From NCBI RefSeq assembly GCF_009914755.1, contig NC_060935.1: 64,000 nt of DNA. The stretch is one strand, 5' to 3'. Shown one piece after another: positions 51,701-64,000 of this stretch. Position numbers and translations under genes: made by a program. The notes beneath the pieces were generated by a model. It searched no databases, had not been told where the DNA came from, and saw only the letters and a list, made by a program, of their open reading frames with translations. This stretch comes from the human T2T-CHM13v2.0 reference genome, Homo sapiens. Numbering within the stretch: the stretch's first letter is position 1; each line of letters starts with the position of its first letter.

Positions 51701-54700
51701 ACTTTGTGGCCTTCCTTCGAAACGGGTATATCTTCACATCAAACCTAGACAGAAGCATTCTCAGAATGTTTCCTGTGATGACTGCATTCAACTCACAGAG
51801 GTGAACAATCCTGCTGATGGAGGAGTTTTGAAACTCTCTTTCTTTGGATTCTGCAAGTGGATATGTGGACCTCTGTGAAGATTTCGTTGGAAACGGGTTC
51901 ATCTTCACAGAAAAACTAAACAGAAGCATTCTCAGAAACTGCTTTGTGATGTTTGTGTTCCACTTCAGGAATTGAACTTTCCTCTTGACAGAGCAGCTCT
52001 GAAACCCTATTTTTCTAGAATCTGCAAGTGGACATTTGGAGGGCTTTGAGGCCTGTGGTGGAAAAGGAAAATCTTCACATAAAAACTAGATGGAAGCATT
52101 CTCAGAAACTACTTTGTGATGATTGCATTCGACTCACAGAGTTGAACATTCCTATAGATAGAGCAGGTTGTAAACAATCTTTTTCTAGAATCTGCGATTG
52201 GAGATTTGGACAGCTTTGAGGCCTACTGTAGTAAAGGAAATAACTTCATCTAAAAACCAAACGGAAGCATTCACAGACAATTCTTAGTGATCATTGGATT
52301 GAACTAACAGAGCTGAACATTCCTTTAGATGGAGCAGTTTCCAAACCCACTTTCTGTAGAATCTGCAAGTGGATATTTGGACTTCTCTGAGGATTTCGTT
52401 GGAAACGGGATAAACTTCCCAGAACTACAGGGAAGCATTGTGAGAAACTTCTTTGTGATGTTTGCATTCAACTCACAGAGTTGAACCTTGCTTTCATAGT
52501 TCAGCTTTCAAACACTCTTTTTGTAGAATCTGCAAGTGGATATTTGGACCACTTTGTGGCCTTCCTTCGAAACGGGTATATCTTCACATCAAACCTAGAC
52601 AGAAGCATTCTCAGAATGTTTCCTGTGAAGATTGCATTCAACTCACAGAGATGAACAATCCTGTTGATGGAGCACTTTGGAAACTCTCTTTCTTGGGATT
52701 CTGCAAGTGGATATGTGGACCTCTGTGAAGATTTCGTTGGAAACGGGTTCATCTTCACAGAAAAACTAAACAGAAGCATTTTCAAAAACTACTTTGTGAT
52801 GTTTGTGTTCCACTTCAAGAATTGAACTTTCCTCTTGACAGAGCAGCTCTGAAACCCTCTTTTTCTAGAATCTGCAAGTGGACATTTGGAGGGCTTTGAG
52901 GCCTGTGGTGGAAAAGGAAAATCTTCACATAAAAACTAGATGGAAGCATTCTCAGAAACTACTTTGTGATGATTGCATTCGACTCACAGAGTTGAACATT
53001 CCTATAGATAGAGCAGGTTGTAAACAATCTTTTTGTAGAATCTGCGATTGGAGATTTGGACTGCTTTGAGGCCTACTGTAGTAAAGGAAATAACTTCATC
53101 TAAAAACCAAACGGAAGCATTCACAGACAATTCTTAGTGATCATTGCATTGAACTAACAGAGCTGAACATTCCTTTAGATGGAGCAGTTTCCAAACACAC
53201 TTTTTGTAGAATCTGCAAGTGGATATTTGGACTTCTCTGAGGATTTCGTTGGAAACGGGATAAACTTCCCAGAACTACACGGAAGCATTGTGAGAAACTT
53301 CTTTGTGATGTTTGCATTCAACTCACAGAGTTGAACCTTGCTTTCATAGTTCAGCTTTCAAACACTCTTTTTGTAGAATCTGCAAGTGCATATTTGGACC
53401 ACTTTGTGGCCTTCCTTCGAAACGGGTATATCTTCACATCAAACCTAGACAGAAGCATTCTCAGAATGTTTCCTGTGAAGACTGCATTCAACTCACAGAG
53501 ATGAACAATCCTGTTGATGGAGCACTTTGGAAACTCTCTTTCTTGGGATTCTGCAAGTTGATATGTGGACCTCTGTGAAGATTTCTTTGGAAACGTGTTC
53601 ATCTTCACAGAAAAACTAAACAGAAGCATTCTCAAAAACTACTTTGTGATGTTTGTGTTCCACTTCAAGAATTGAACTTTCCTCTTGACAGAGCAGCTCT
53701 GAAAACCTCTTTTTCTAGAATCTGCAAGTGGACATTTGGAGGGCTTTGAGGCCTGTGGTGGAAAAGGAAAATCTTCACATAAAAACTAGATGGAAGCATT
53801 CTCAGAAACTACTTTGTGATGATTGCATTCGACTCACAGAGTTGAACATTCCTATAGATAGAGCAGGTTGTAAACAATCTTTTTGTGGAATCTGCGATTG
53901 GAGATTCGGACTGCTTTGAGGCCTACTGTAGTAGAGGAAATAACTTCATCTAAAAACCAAACGGAAGCATTCACAGACAATTCTTAGTGATCATTGCATT
54001 GAACTAACAGAGCTGAACATTCCTTTAGATGGCGCAGTTTCCAAACACACTTTCTGTAGAATCTGCAAGTGGATATTTGGACCTCTCTGAGGATTTCGTT
54101 AGAAACGGGATAAACTTCCCAGAACTACACGGAAGCATGCTGAGAAACTTCTTTGTGATGTTTGCATTCAACTCACAGAGTTGAACCTTGCTTTCATAGT
54201 TCAGCTTTCAAACACTCTTTTTGTAGAATCTGCAAGTGGATATTTGGACCACTTTGTGGCCTTCCTTCGAAACGGGTATATCTTCACATCAAACCTAGAC
54301 AGAAGCATTCTCAGAATGTTTCCTGTGATGACTGCATTCAACTCACAGAGGTGAACAATCCTGCTGATGGAGCAATTTTGAAACTCTCTTTCTTTGGATT
54401 CTGCAAGTGGATATGTGGACCTCTGTGAAGATTTCGTTGGAAACGGGTTCATCTTCACAGAAAAACTAAACAGAAGCATTCTCAGAAAGTGCTTTGTGAT
54501 GTTTGTGTTCCACTTCAGGAATTGAACTTTCCTCTTGACAGAGCAGCTCTGAAACCCTCTTATTCTAGAATCTGCAAGTGGACATTTGGAGGGCTTTGAG
54601 GCCTGTGGTGGAAAAGGAAAATCTTCACATAAAAACTAGATGGAAGCATTCTCAGAAACTACTTTGTGATGATTGCATTCGACTCACAGAGTTGAACATT

Positions 54701-57700
54701 CCTATAGATAGAGCAGGTTGTAAACAATCTTTTTGTAGAATCTGCGATTGGAGATTTGGACTGCTTTGAGTCCTACTGTAGTAAAGGAAATAACTTCATC
54801 TAAAAACCAAACGGAAGCATTCACAGACAATTCTTAGTGATCATTGCATTGAACTAACAGAGCTGAACATTCCTTTAGATGGAGCAGTTTCCAAACACAC
54901 TTTCTGTAGAACCTGCAAGTGGATATTTGGACCTCTCTGAGGATTTCGTTGGAAACGGGATAAACTTCCCAGAACTACACGGAAGCATTGTGAGAAACTT
55001 CTTTGTGATGTTTGCATTCAACTCACAGAGTTGAACCTTGCTTTCATAGTTCAGCTTTCAAACACTCTTTTTGTAGAATCTGCAAGTGGATATTTGGACC
55101 ACTTTGTGGCCTTCCTTCGAAACGGGTATATCTTCACATCAAACCTAGACAGAAGCATTCTCAGAATGTTTCCTGTGATGACTGCATTCAACTCACAGAG
55201 GTGAACAATCCTGCTGATGGAGCAGTTTTGAAACTCTCTTTCTTTGGATTCTGCAAGTGGATATGTGGACCTCTGTGAAGATTTCGTTGGAAACGGGTTC
55301 ATCTTCACAGAAAAACTAAACAGAAACATTCTCACAAACTGCTTTGTGATGTTTGTGTTCCACTTCAGGAATTGAACTTTCCTCTTGACAGAGCAGCTCT
55401 GAAACCCTCTTATTCTAGAATCTGCAAGTGGACATTTGGAGGGCTTTGAGGCCTGTAGTGGAAAAGGAAAATCTTCAGATAAAAACTAGATGGAAGCATT
55501 CTCAGAAACTACTTTGTGATGATTGCATTCGACTCACAGAGTTGAACATTCCTATAGATAGAGCAGGTTGTAAACAATCTTTTTGTAGAATCTGCGATTG
55601 GAGATTTGGACTGCTTTGAGGCCTACTGTAGTAAAGGAAATAACTTCATCTAAAAACCAAACGGAAGCATTCACAGACAATTCTTAGTGATCATTGGATT
55701 GAACTAACAGAGCTGAACATTCCTTTAGATGGCGCAGTTTCCAAACACACTTTCTGTAGAATCTGCAAGTGGATATTTGGACTTCTCTGAGGATTTCGTT
55801 GGAAACGGGATAAACTTCCCAGAACTACACGGAAGGATTGTGAGAAACTTCTTTGTGATGTTTGATTTCAACTCACAGAGTTGAACCTTGCTTTCATAGT
55901 TCAGCTTTCAAACACTCTTTTTGTAGAATCTGCAAGTGGATATTTGGACCACTTTTTGGGCTTCCTTCGAAACGGGTATATCTTCACATCAAACCTACAC
56001 AGAAACATTCTCAGAATGTTTCCTGTGATGACTGCATTCAACTCACAGAGGTGAACAATCCTGCTGATGGAGCAGTTTTGAAACTCTCTTTCTTTGGATT
56101 CTGCAAGTGGATATGTGGACCTCTGTGAAGATTTCGTTGGAAACGGGTTCATCTTCACAGAAAAACTAAACAGGAGCATTCTCAGAAACTGCTTTGTGAT
56201 GTTTGTGTTCCACTTCAAGAATTGAACTTTCCTCTTGACAGAGCAGCTCTGAAACCCTATTTTTCTAGAATATACAAGTGGACATTTGGAGGGCTTTGAG
56301 GCCTGTGGTGGAAAAGGAAAATCTTCACATAAAAACTAGATGGAAGCATTCTCAGAAACTACTTTGTGATGATTGCATTCGACGCACAGAGTTGAACATT
56401 CCTATAGATAGAGCAGGTTGTAAACAATCTTTTTGTAGAATCTGCGATTGGAGATTTGGACTGCTTTGAGGCCTACTGTAGTAAAGGAAATAACTTCATC
56501 TAAAAACCAAACGGAAGCATTCACAGACAATTCTTAGTGATCATTGCATTGAACTAACAGAGCTGAACATTCCTTTAGATGGCGCAGTTTCCAAACACAC
56601 TTTCTGTAGAATCTGCAAGTGGATATTTGGACTTCTCTGAGGATTTCGTTGGAAACGGGATAAACTTCCCAGAACTACACGGAAGCATTGTGAGAAACTT
56701 CTTTGTGATGTTTGCATTCAACTCACAGAGTTGAAACTTGCTTTCATAGTTCAGCTTTCAAACACTCTTTTTGTAGAATCTGCAAGTGGATATTTGGACC
56801 ACTTTGTGGCCTTCCTTCGAAACGGGTATATCTTCACATCAAACCTAGACATAAGCATTCTCAGAATGTTTCCTGTGAAGACTGCATTCAACTCACAGAG
56901 ATGAACAATCCTGTTGATGGAGCACTTTGGAAACTCTCTTTCTTTGGATTCTGCAAGTTGATATGTGGACCTCTGTGAAGATTTCGTTGGAAACGGGTTC
57001 ATCTTCACAGAAAAACTAAACAGAAGCATTCTCAAAAACTACTTTGTGATGTTTGTGTTCCACTTCAAGAATTGAACTTTCCTCTTGACAGAGCAGTTCT
57101 GAAAACCTCTTTTTCTAGAATCTGCAAGTGGACATTTGGAGGGCTTTGAGGCCTGTGGTGGAAAAGGAAAATCTTCACATAAAAACTAGATGGAAGCATT
57201 CTCAGAAACTACTTTGTGATGATTGCATTCGACTCACAGAGTTGAACATTCCTATAGATAGAGCAGGTTGTAAACAATCTTTTTGTAGAATCTGCGATTG
57301 GAGATTCGGACTGCTTTGAGGCATACTGTAGTAAAGGAAATAACTTCATCTAAAAACCAAACGGAAGCATTCACAGACAATTCTTAGTGATCATTGCATT
57401 GAACTAACAGAGCTGAACATTCCTTTACATGGCGCAGTTTCCAAACACACTTTCTGTAGAATCTGCAAGTGGATATTTGGACCTCTCTGAGGATTTCGTT
57501 GGAAACGGGATAAACTTCCCAGAACTACACGGAAGCATGCTGAGAAACTTCTTTGTGATGTTTGCATTCAACTCACAGAGTTGAACCTTGCTTTCATAGT
57601 TCAGCTTTCAAACACTTTTTTTGTAGAATCTGCAAGTGGATATTTGGACCACTTTGTGGCCTTCCTTCGAAACGGGTATATCTTCACATCAAACCTAGAC

Positions 57701-60700
57701 AGAAGCATTCTCAGAATGTTTCCTGTGATGACTGCATTCAACTCACAGAGGTGAACAATCCTGCTGACGGAGGAGTTTTGAAACTCTCTTTCTTTGGATT
57801 CTGCAAGTGGATATGTGGACCTCTGTGAAGATTTCGTTGGAAACGGGTTCATCTTCACAGAAAAACTAAACAGAAGCATTCTCAGAAACTGCTTTGTGAT
57901 GTTTGTGTTCCACTTCAGGAATTGAACTTTCCTCTTGACAGAGCAGCTCTGAAACCCTCTTATTCTAGAATCTGCAAGTGGACATTTGGAGGGCTTTGAG
58001 GCCTGTGGTGGAAAAGGAAAATCTTCACATAAAAACTAGATGGAAGCATTCTCAGAAACTACTTTGTGATGATTGCATTCGACTCACAGAGTTGAACATT
58101 CCTATAGATAGAGCAGGTTGTAAACAATCTTTTTCTAGAATCTGCTATTGGAGATTTGGACTCCTTTGAGGCCTACTGTAGTAAAGGAAATAACTTCATC
58201 TAAAAACCAAACGGAAGCATTCACAGACAATTCTCAGGATCATTGGATTGAACTAACAGAGCTGAACATTCCTTTAGATGGAGCAGTTTCCAAACAAACT
58301 TTCTGTAGAATCTGCAAGTGGATATTTGGACTTCTCTGAGAATTTCGTTGGAAAAGGGATAAACTTCCCAGAACTACACGGAAGCATTGTGAGAAACTTC
58401 TTTGTGATGTTTGCATTCAACTCACAGAGTTGAACCTTGCTTTCATAGTTCAGCTTTCAAACACTCTTTTTGTAGAATCTGCAAGTGGATATTTGGACCA
58501 CTTTGTGGCCTTCCTTCGAAACGGGTATATCTTCACATCAAACCTAGACAGAAGCATTCTCAGAATGTTTCCTGTGATGACTGCATTCAACTCACAGAGG
58601 TGAACAATCCTGCTGATGGAGCAGTTTTGAAACTCTCTTTCTTTGGATTCTGCATGTGGATATGTTGACCTCTGTGAAGATTTCGTTGGAAACGGGTTCA
58701 TCTTCACAGAAAAACTAAACAGGAGCATTCTCAGAAACTGCTTTGTGATGTTTGTGTTCCACTTCAAGAATTGAACTTTCCTCTTGACAGAGCAGCTCTG
58801 AAACCCTCTTTTTCTAGAATCTGCAAGTGGACATTTGGAAGGATTTGAGGCCTGTGGTGGAAAAGGAAAATCTTCACATAAAAACTAGATGGAAGCATTC
58901 TCAGAAACTACTTTGTGATGATTGCATTCGACGCACAGAGTTGAACATTCCTATAGAGAGAGCAGGTTGTAAACAATCTTTTTGTAGAATCTGCGATTGG
59001 AGATTTGGACTGCTTTGAGGCTTACTGTAGTAAAGGAAATAACTTCATCTAAAAACCAAACGGAAGCATTCACAGACAATTCTTAGTGATCATTGGATTG
59101 AGCTAACAGAGCTGAACATTCCTTTAGATGGCGCAGTTTCCAAACCCACTTTCTGTAGAATCTGCAAGTGGATATTTGTACTTCTCTGAGGATTTCGTTG
59201 GAAACGGGATAAACTTCCCAGAACTACACGGAAGCATTGTGAGAAACTTCTTTGTGATGTTTGCATTCAACTCACAGAGTTGAACCTTGCTTTCATAGTT
59301 CAGCTTTCAAACACTCTTTTTGTACAATCTGCAAGTGGATATTTGGACCACTTTGTGGCCTTCCTTCGAAACGGGTATATCTTCACATCAAACCTAGACA
59401 GAAGCATTCTCAGAATGTTTCCTGTGATGACTGCATTCAACTCACAGAGGTGAACAATCCTGCTGATGGAGGAGTTTTGAAACTCTCTTTCTTTGGATTC
59501 TGCAAGTGGATATGTGGACCTCTGTGAAGATTTCGTTGGAAACGGGTTCATCTTCACAGAAAAACTAAACAGAAGCATTCTCAGAAACTGCTTTGTGATG
59601 TTTGTGTTCCACTTCACGAATTGAACTTTCCTCTTGACAGAGCAGCTCTGAAACCCTATTTTTCTAGAATCTGCAAGTGGACATTTGGAGGGCTTTGAGG
59701 CCTGTGGTGGAAAAGGAAAATCTTCACATAAAAACTAGATGGAAGCATTCTCAGAAACTACTTTGTGATGATTGCATTCGACTCACAGAGTTGAACATTC
59801 CTATAGATAGAGCAGGTTGTAAACAATCTTTTTCTAGAATCTGCGATTGGAGATTTGGACAGCTTTGAGGCCTACTGTAGTAAAGGAAATAACTTCATCT
59901 AAAAACCAAACGGAAGCATTCACAGACAATTCTTAGTGATCATTGGATTGAACTAACAGAGCTGAACATTCCTTTAGATGGAGCAGTTTCCAAACCCACT
60001 TTCTGTAGAATCTGCAAGTGGATATTTGGACTTCTCTGAGGATTTCGTTGGAAACGGGATAAACTTCCCAGAACTACAGGGAAGCATTGTGAGAAACTTC
60101 TTTGTTATGTTTGCATTCAACTCACAGAGTTGAACCTTGCTTTCATAGTTCAGCTTTCAAACACTCTTTTTGTAGAATCTGCAAGTGGATATTTGGACCA
60201 CTTTGTGGCCTTCCTTCGAAACGGGTATATCTTCACATCAAACCTAGACAGAAGCATTCTCAGAATGTTTCCTGTGAAGACTGCATTCAACTCACAGAGA
60301 TGAACAATCCTGTTGATGGAGCACTTTGGAAACTCTCTTTCTTGGGATTCTGCAAGTGGATATGTGGACCTCTGTGAAGATTTCGTTGGAAACGGGTTCA
60401 TCTTCACAGAAAAACTAAACAGAAGCATTTTCAAAAACTACTTTGTGATGTTTGTGTTCCACTTCAAGAATTGAACTTTCCTCTTGACAGAGCAGCTCTG
60501 AAACCCTCTTTTTCTAGAATCTGCAAGTGGACATTTGGAGGGCTTTGAGGCCTGTGGTGGAAAAGGAAAATCTTCACATAAAAACTAGATGGAAGCATTC
60601 TCAGAAACTACTTTGTGATGATTGCATTCGACTCACAGAGTTGAACATTCCTATAGATAGAGCAGGTTGTAAACAATCTTTTTGTAGAATCTGCGATTGG

Positions 60701-63700
60701 AGATTTGGACTGCTTTGAGGCCTACTGTAGTAAAGGAAATAACTTCATCTAAAAACCAAACGGAAGCATTCACAGACAATTCTTAGTGATCATTGCATTG
60801 AACTAACAGAGCTGAACATTCCTTTAGATGGAGCAGTTTCCAAACACACTTTTTGTAGAATCTGCAAGTGGATATTTGGACTTCTCTGAGGATTTCGTTG
60901 GAAACGGGATAAACTTCCCAGAACTACACGGAAGCATTGTGAGAAACTTCTTTGTGATGTTTGCATTCAACTCACAGAGTTGAACCTTGCTTTCATAGTT
61001 CAGCTTTCAAACACTCTTTTTGTAGAATCTGCAAGTGCATATTTGGACCACTTTGTGGCCTTCCTTCGAAACGGGTATATCTTCACATCAAACCTAGACA
61101 GAAGCATTCTCAGAATGTTTCCTGTGAAGACTGCATTCAACTCACAGAGATGAACAATCCTGTTGATGGAGCACTTTGGAAACTCTCTTTCTTGGGATTC
61201 TGCAAGTTGATATGTGGACCTCTGTGAAGATTTCTTTGGAAACGTGTTCATCTTCACAGAAAAACTAAACAGAAGCATTCTCAAAAACTACTTTGTGATG
61301 TTTGTGTTCCACTTCAAGAATTGAACTTTCCTCTTGACAGAGCAGCTCTGAAAACCTCTTTTTCTAGAATCTGCAAGTGGACATTTGGAGGGCTTTGAGG
61401 CCTGTGGTGGAAAAGGAAAATCTTCACATAAAAACTAGATGGAAGCATTCTCAGAAACTACTTTGTGATGATTGCATTCGACTCACAGAGTTGAACATTC
61501 CTATAGATAGAGCAGGTTGTAAACAATCTTTTTGTGGAATCTGCGATTGGAGATTCGGACTGCTTTGAGGCCTACTGTAGTAGAGGAAATAACTTCATCT
61601 AAAAACCAAACGGAAGCATTCACAGACAATTCTTAGTGATCATTGCATTGAACTAACAGAGCTGAACATTCCTTTAGATGGCGCAGTTTCCAAACACACT
61701 TTCTGTAGAATCTGCAAGTGGATATTTGGACCTCTCTGAGGATTTCGTTAGAAACGGGATAAACTTCCCAGAACTACACGGAAGCATGCTGAGAAACTTC
61801 TTTGTGATGTTTGCATTCAACTCACAGAGTTGAACCTTGCTTTCATAGTTCAGCTTTCAAACACTCTTTTTGTAGAATCTGCAAGTGGATATTTGGACCA
61901 CTTTGTGGCCTTCCTTCGAAACGGGTATATCTTCACATCAAACCTAGACAGAAGCATTCTCAGAATGTTTCCTGTGATGACTGCATTCAACTCACAGAGG
62001 TGAACAATCCTGCTGATGGAGCAATTTTGAAACTCTCTTTCTTTGGATTCTGCAAGTGGATATGTGGACCTCTGTGAAGATTTCGTTGGAAACGGGTTCA
62101 TCTTCACAGAAAAACTAAACAGAAGCATTCTCAGAAACTGCTTTGTGATGTTTGTGTTCCACTTCAGGAATTGAACTTTCCTCTTGACAGAGCAGCTCTG
62201 AAACCCTCTTATTCTAGAATCTGCAAGTGGACATTTGGAGGGCTTTGAGGCCTGTGGTGGAAAAGGAAAATCTTCACATAAAAACTAGATGGAAGCATTC
62301 TCAGAAACTACTTTGTGATGATTGCATTCGACTCACAGAGTTGAACATTCCTATAGATAGAGCAGGTTGTAAACAATCTTTTTGTAGAATCTGCGATTGG
62401 AGATTTGGACTGCTTTGAGTCCTACTGTAGTAAAGGAAATAACTTCATCTAAAAACCAAACGGAAGCATTCACAGACAATTCTTAGTGATCATTGCATTG
62501 AACTAACAGAGCTGAACATTCCTTTAGATGGAGCAGTTTCCAAACACACTTTCTGTAGAACCTGCAAGTGGATATTTGGACCTCTCTGAGGATTTCGTTG
62601 GAAACGGGATAAACTTCCCAGAACTACACGGAAGCATTGTGAGAAACTTCTTTGTGATGTTTGCATTCAACTCACAGAGTTGAACCTTGCTTTCATAGTT
62701 CAGCTTTCAAACACTCTTTTTGTAGAATCTGCAAGTGGATATTTGGACCACTTTGTGGCCTTCCTTCGAAACGGGTATATCTTCACATCAAACCTAGACA
62801 GAAGCATTCTCAGAATGTTTCCTGTGATGACTGCATTCAACTCACAGAGGTGAACAATCCTGCTGATGGAGCAGTTTTGAAACTCTCTTTCTTTGGATTC
62901 TGCAAGTGGATATGTGGACCTCTGTGAAGATTTCGTTGGAAACGGGTTCATCTTCACAGAAAAACTAAACAGAAACATTCTCACAAACTGCTTTGTGATG
63001 TTTGTGTTCCACTTCAGGAATTGAACTTTCCTCTTGACAGAGCAGCTCTGAAACCCTCTTATTCTAGAATCTGCAAGTGGACATTTGGAGGGCTTTGAGG
63101 CCTGTAGTGGAAAAGGAAAATCTTCAGATAAAAACTAGATGGAAGCATTCTCAGAAACTACTTTGTGATGATTGCATTCGACTCACAGAGTTGAACATTC
63201 CTATAGATAGAGCAGGTTGTAAACAATCTTTTTGTAGAATCTGCGATTGGAGATTTGGACTGCTTTGAGGCCTACTGTAGTAAAGGAAATAACTTCATCT
63301 AAAAACCAAACGGAAGCATTCACAGACAATTCTTAGTGATCATTGGATTGAAGTAACAGAGCTGAACATTCCTTTAGATGGCGCAGTTTCCAAACACACT
63401 TTCTGTAGAATCTGCAAGTGGATATTTGGACTTCTCTGAGGATTTCGTTGGAAACGGGATAAACTTCCCAGAACTACACGGAAGGATTGTGAGAAACTTC
63501 TTTGTGATGTTTGCATTCAACTCACAGAGTTGAACCTTGCTTTCATAGTTCAGCTTTCAAACACTCTTTTTGTAGAATCTGCAAGTGGATATTTGGACCA
63601 CTTTTTGGGCTTCCTTCGAAACGGGTATATCTTCACATCAAACCTACACAGAAACATTCTCAGAATGTTTCCTGTGATGACTGCATTCAACTCACAGAGG

Positions 63701-64000
63701 TGAACAATCCTGCTGATGGAGCAGTTTTGAAACTCTCTTTCTTTGGATTCTGCAAGTGGATATGTGGACCTCTGTGAAGATTTCGTTGGAAACGGGTTCA
63801 TCTTCACAGAAAAACTAAACAGGAGCATTCTCAGAAACTGCTTTGTGATGTTTGTGTTCCACTTCAAGAATTGAACTTTCCTCTTGACAGAGCAGCTCTG
63901 AAACCCTATTTTTCTAGAATATGCAAGTGGACATTTGGAGGGCTTTGAGGCCTGTGGTGGAAAAGGAAAATCTTCACATAAAAACTAGATGGAAGCATTC
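48735..64000 (+). repeat. 9-HOR tandem duplication (period 7,650/7,649 bp), about two copies
   Basis: Variant pairs are 49062/56712, 49912/57562, 51178/58827, 52028/59677, 53728/61377 and 55428/63077. The period drops by 1 bp after the deletion near 58237. Confidence 0.9.

Larger units (their letters stand above)
1..64000 (+). repeat. Alpha-satellite higher-order repeat array, 5-mer 850-bp HOR, about 75 copies; probably human chromosome 11 D11Z1 (SF3)
   Basis: Seen: alphoid motifs (CATTCTCAGAAACT-CTTTGTGATG, TGCATTCAACTCACAGAGTTGAAC, GAATCTGCAAGTGGATATTTGG) recur about every 170 bp. Near-identical sequence recurs every 850 or 849 bp (marker positions 190, 1040, 1890, 2739 ... 63077, 63927). 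Established: D11Z1 is a 0.85-kb XbaI-defined pentameric HOR. Alpha-satellite identity is near certain; the chromosome assignment is slightly less so. Confidence 0.97.

Noticed and set aside
190-63867. Recurrent 63-112 aa ORFs on both strands (MDIWRALRP..., MHSTHRVEP..., MLLFSFSVK...)
   Set aside because: They are translations of satellite monomers repeated every 850 bp. They mostly use non-ATG starts, overlap on opposite strands, are freely frameshifted or truncated by SNVs, and show no recognisable domain. I used them only as haplotype markers.
1-64000. CRISPR-like or other repeat-spacer system
   Set aside because: There are no unique spacers and no associated genes; the entire sequence is tandemly repeated.
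1-64000. Transposon insertion, inversion or HOR structural variant (monomer gain or loss)
   Set aside because: Every marker-to-marker interval is 850 or 849 bp on the same strand, leaving no room for an insertion or rearrangement.
1-64000. Calling this the kinetochore site (CENP-A domain or hypomethylated dip) or a novel biological system
   Set aside because: Kinetochore position is epigenetic and cannot be read from sequence. The array is a well-known satellite class, and only its fine-scale duplication history may be undescribed.

Overview
The whole 64 kb window is uninterrupted primate centromeric alpha-satellite DNA. It consists of about 75 head-to-tail copies of an 850-bp higher-order repeat (HOR) made of five monomers, with box-to-box spacings of 171/170/171/167/171 bp, all in one orientation. 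The 5-mer, the A-A-B-B-B monomer arrangement and the once-per-unit XbaI site (TCTAGA) match the human chromosome 11 active array D11Z1 (suprachromosomal family 3). That chromosome assignment is from recognition, not from a database search. I found no genes, RNA genes, transposons, inversions or monomer-number variants, and all listed ORFs are repeat artefacts. I do not see a new biological system here. The informative signal is a layer of structure above the HOR, readable from shared SNVs and three 1-bp deletions: a 10-HOR (8,497 bp) super-repeat, nested inside a younger 16-19.5 kb tandem duplication whose first copy lacks 4 HORs, plus 9-, 3- and 2-HOR duplications, chimeric junction HORs, a probable gene-conversion tract and a non-uniform distribution of broken CENP-B boxes. 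All variant counts were made by eye and with the ORF track as a haplotype marker, so they need confirming by alignment.
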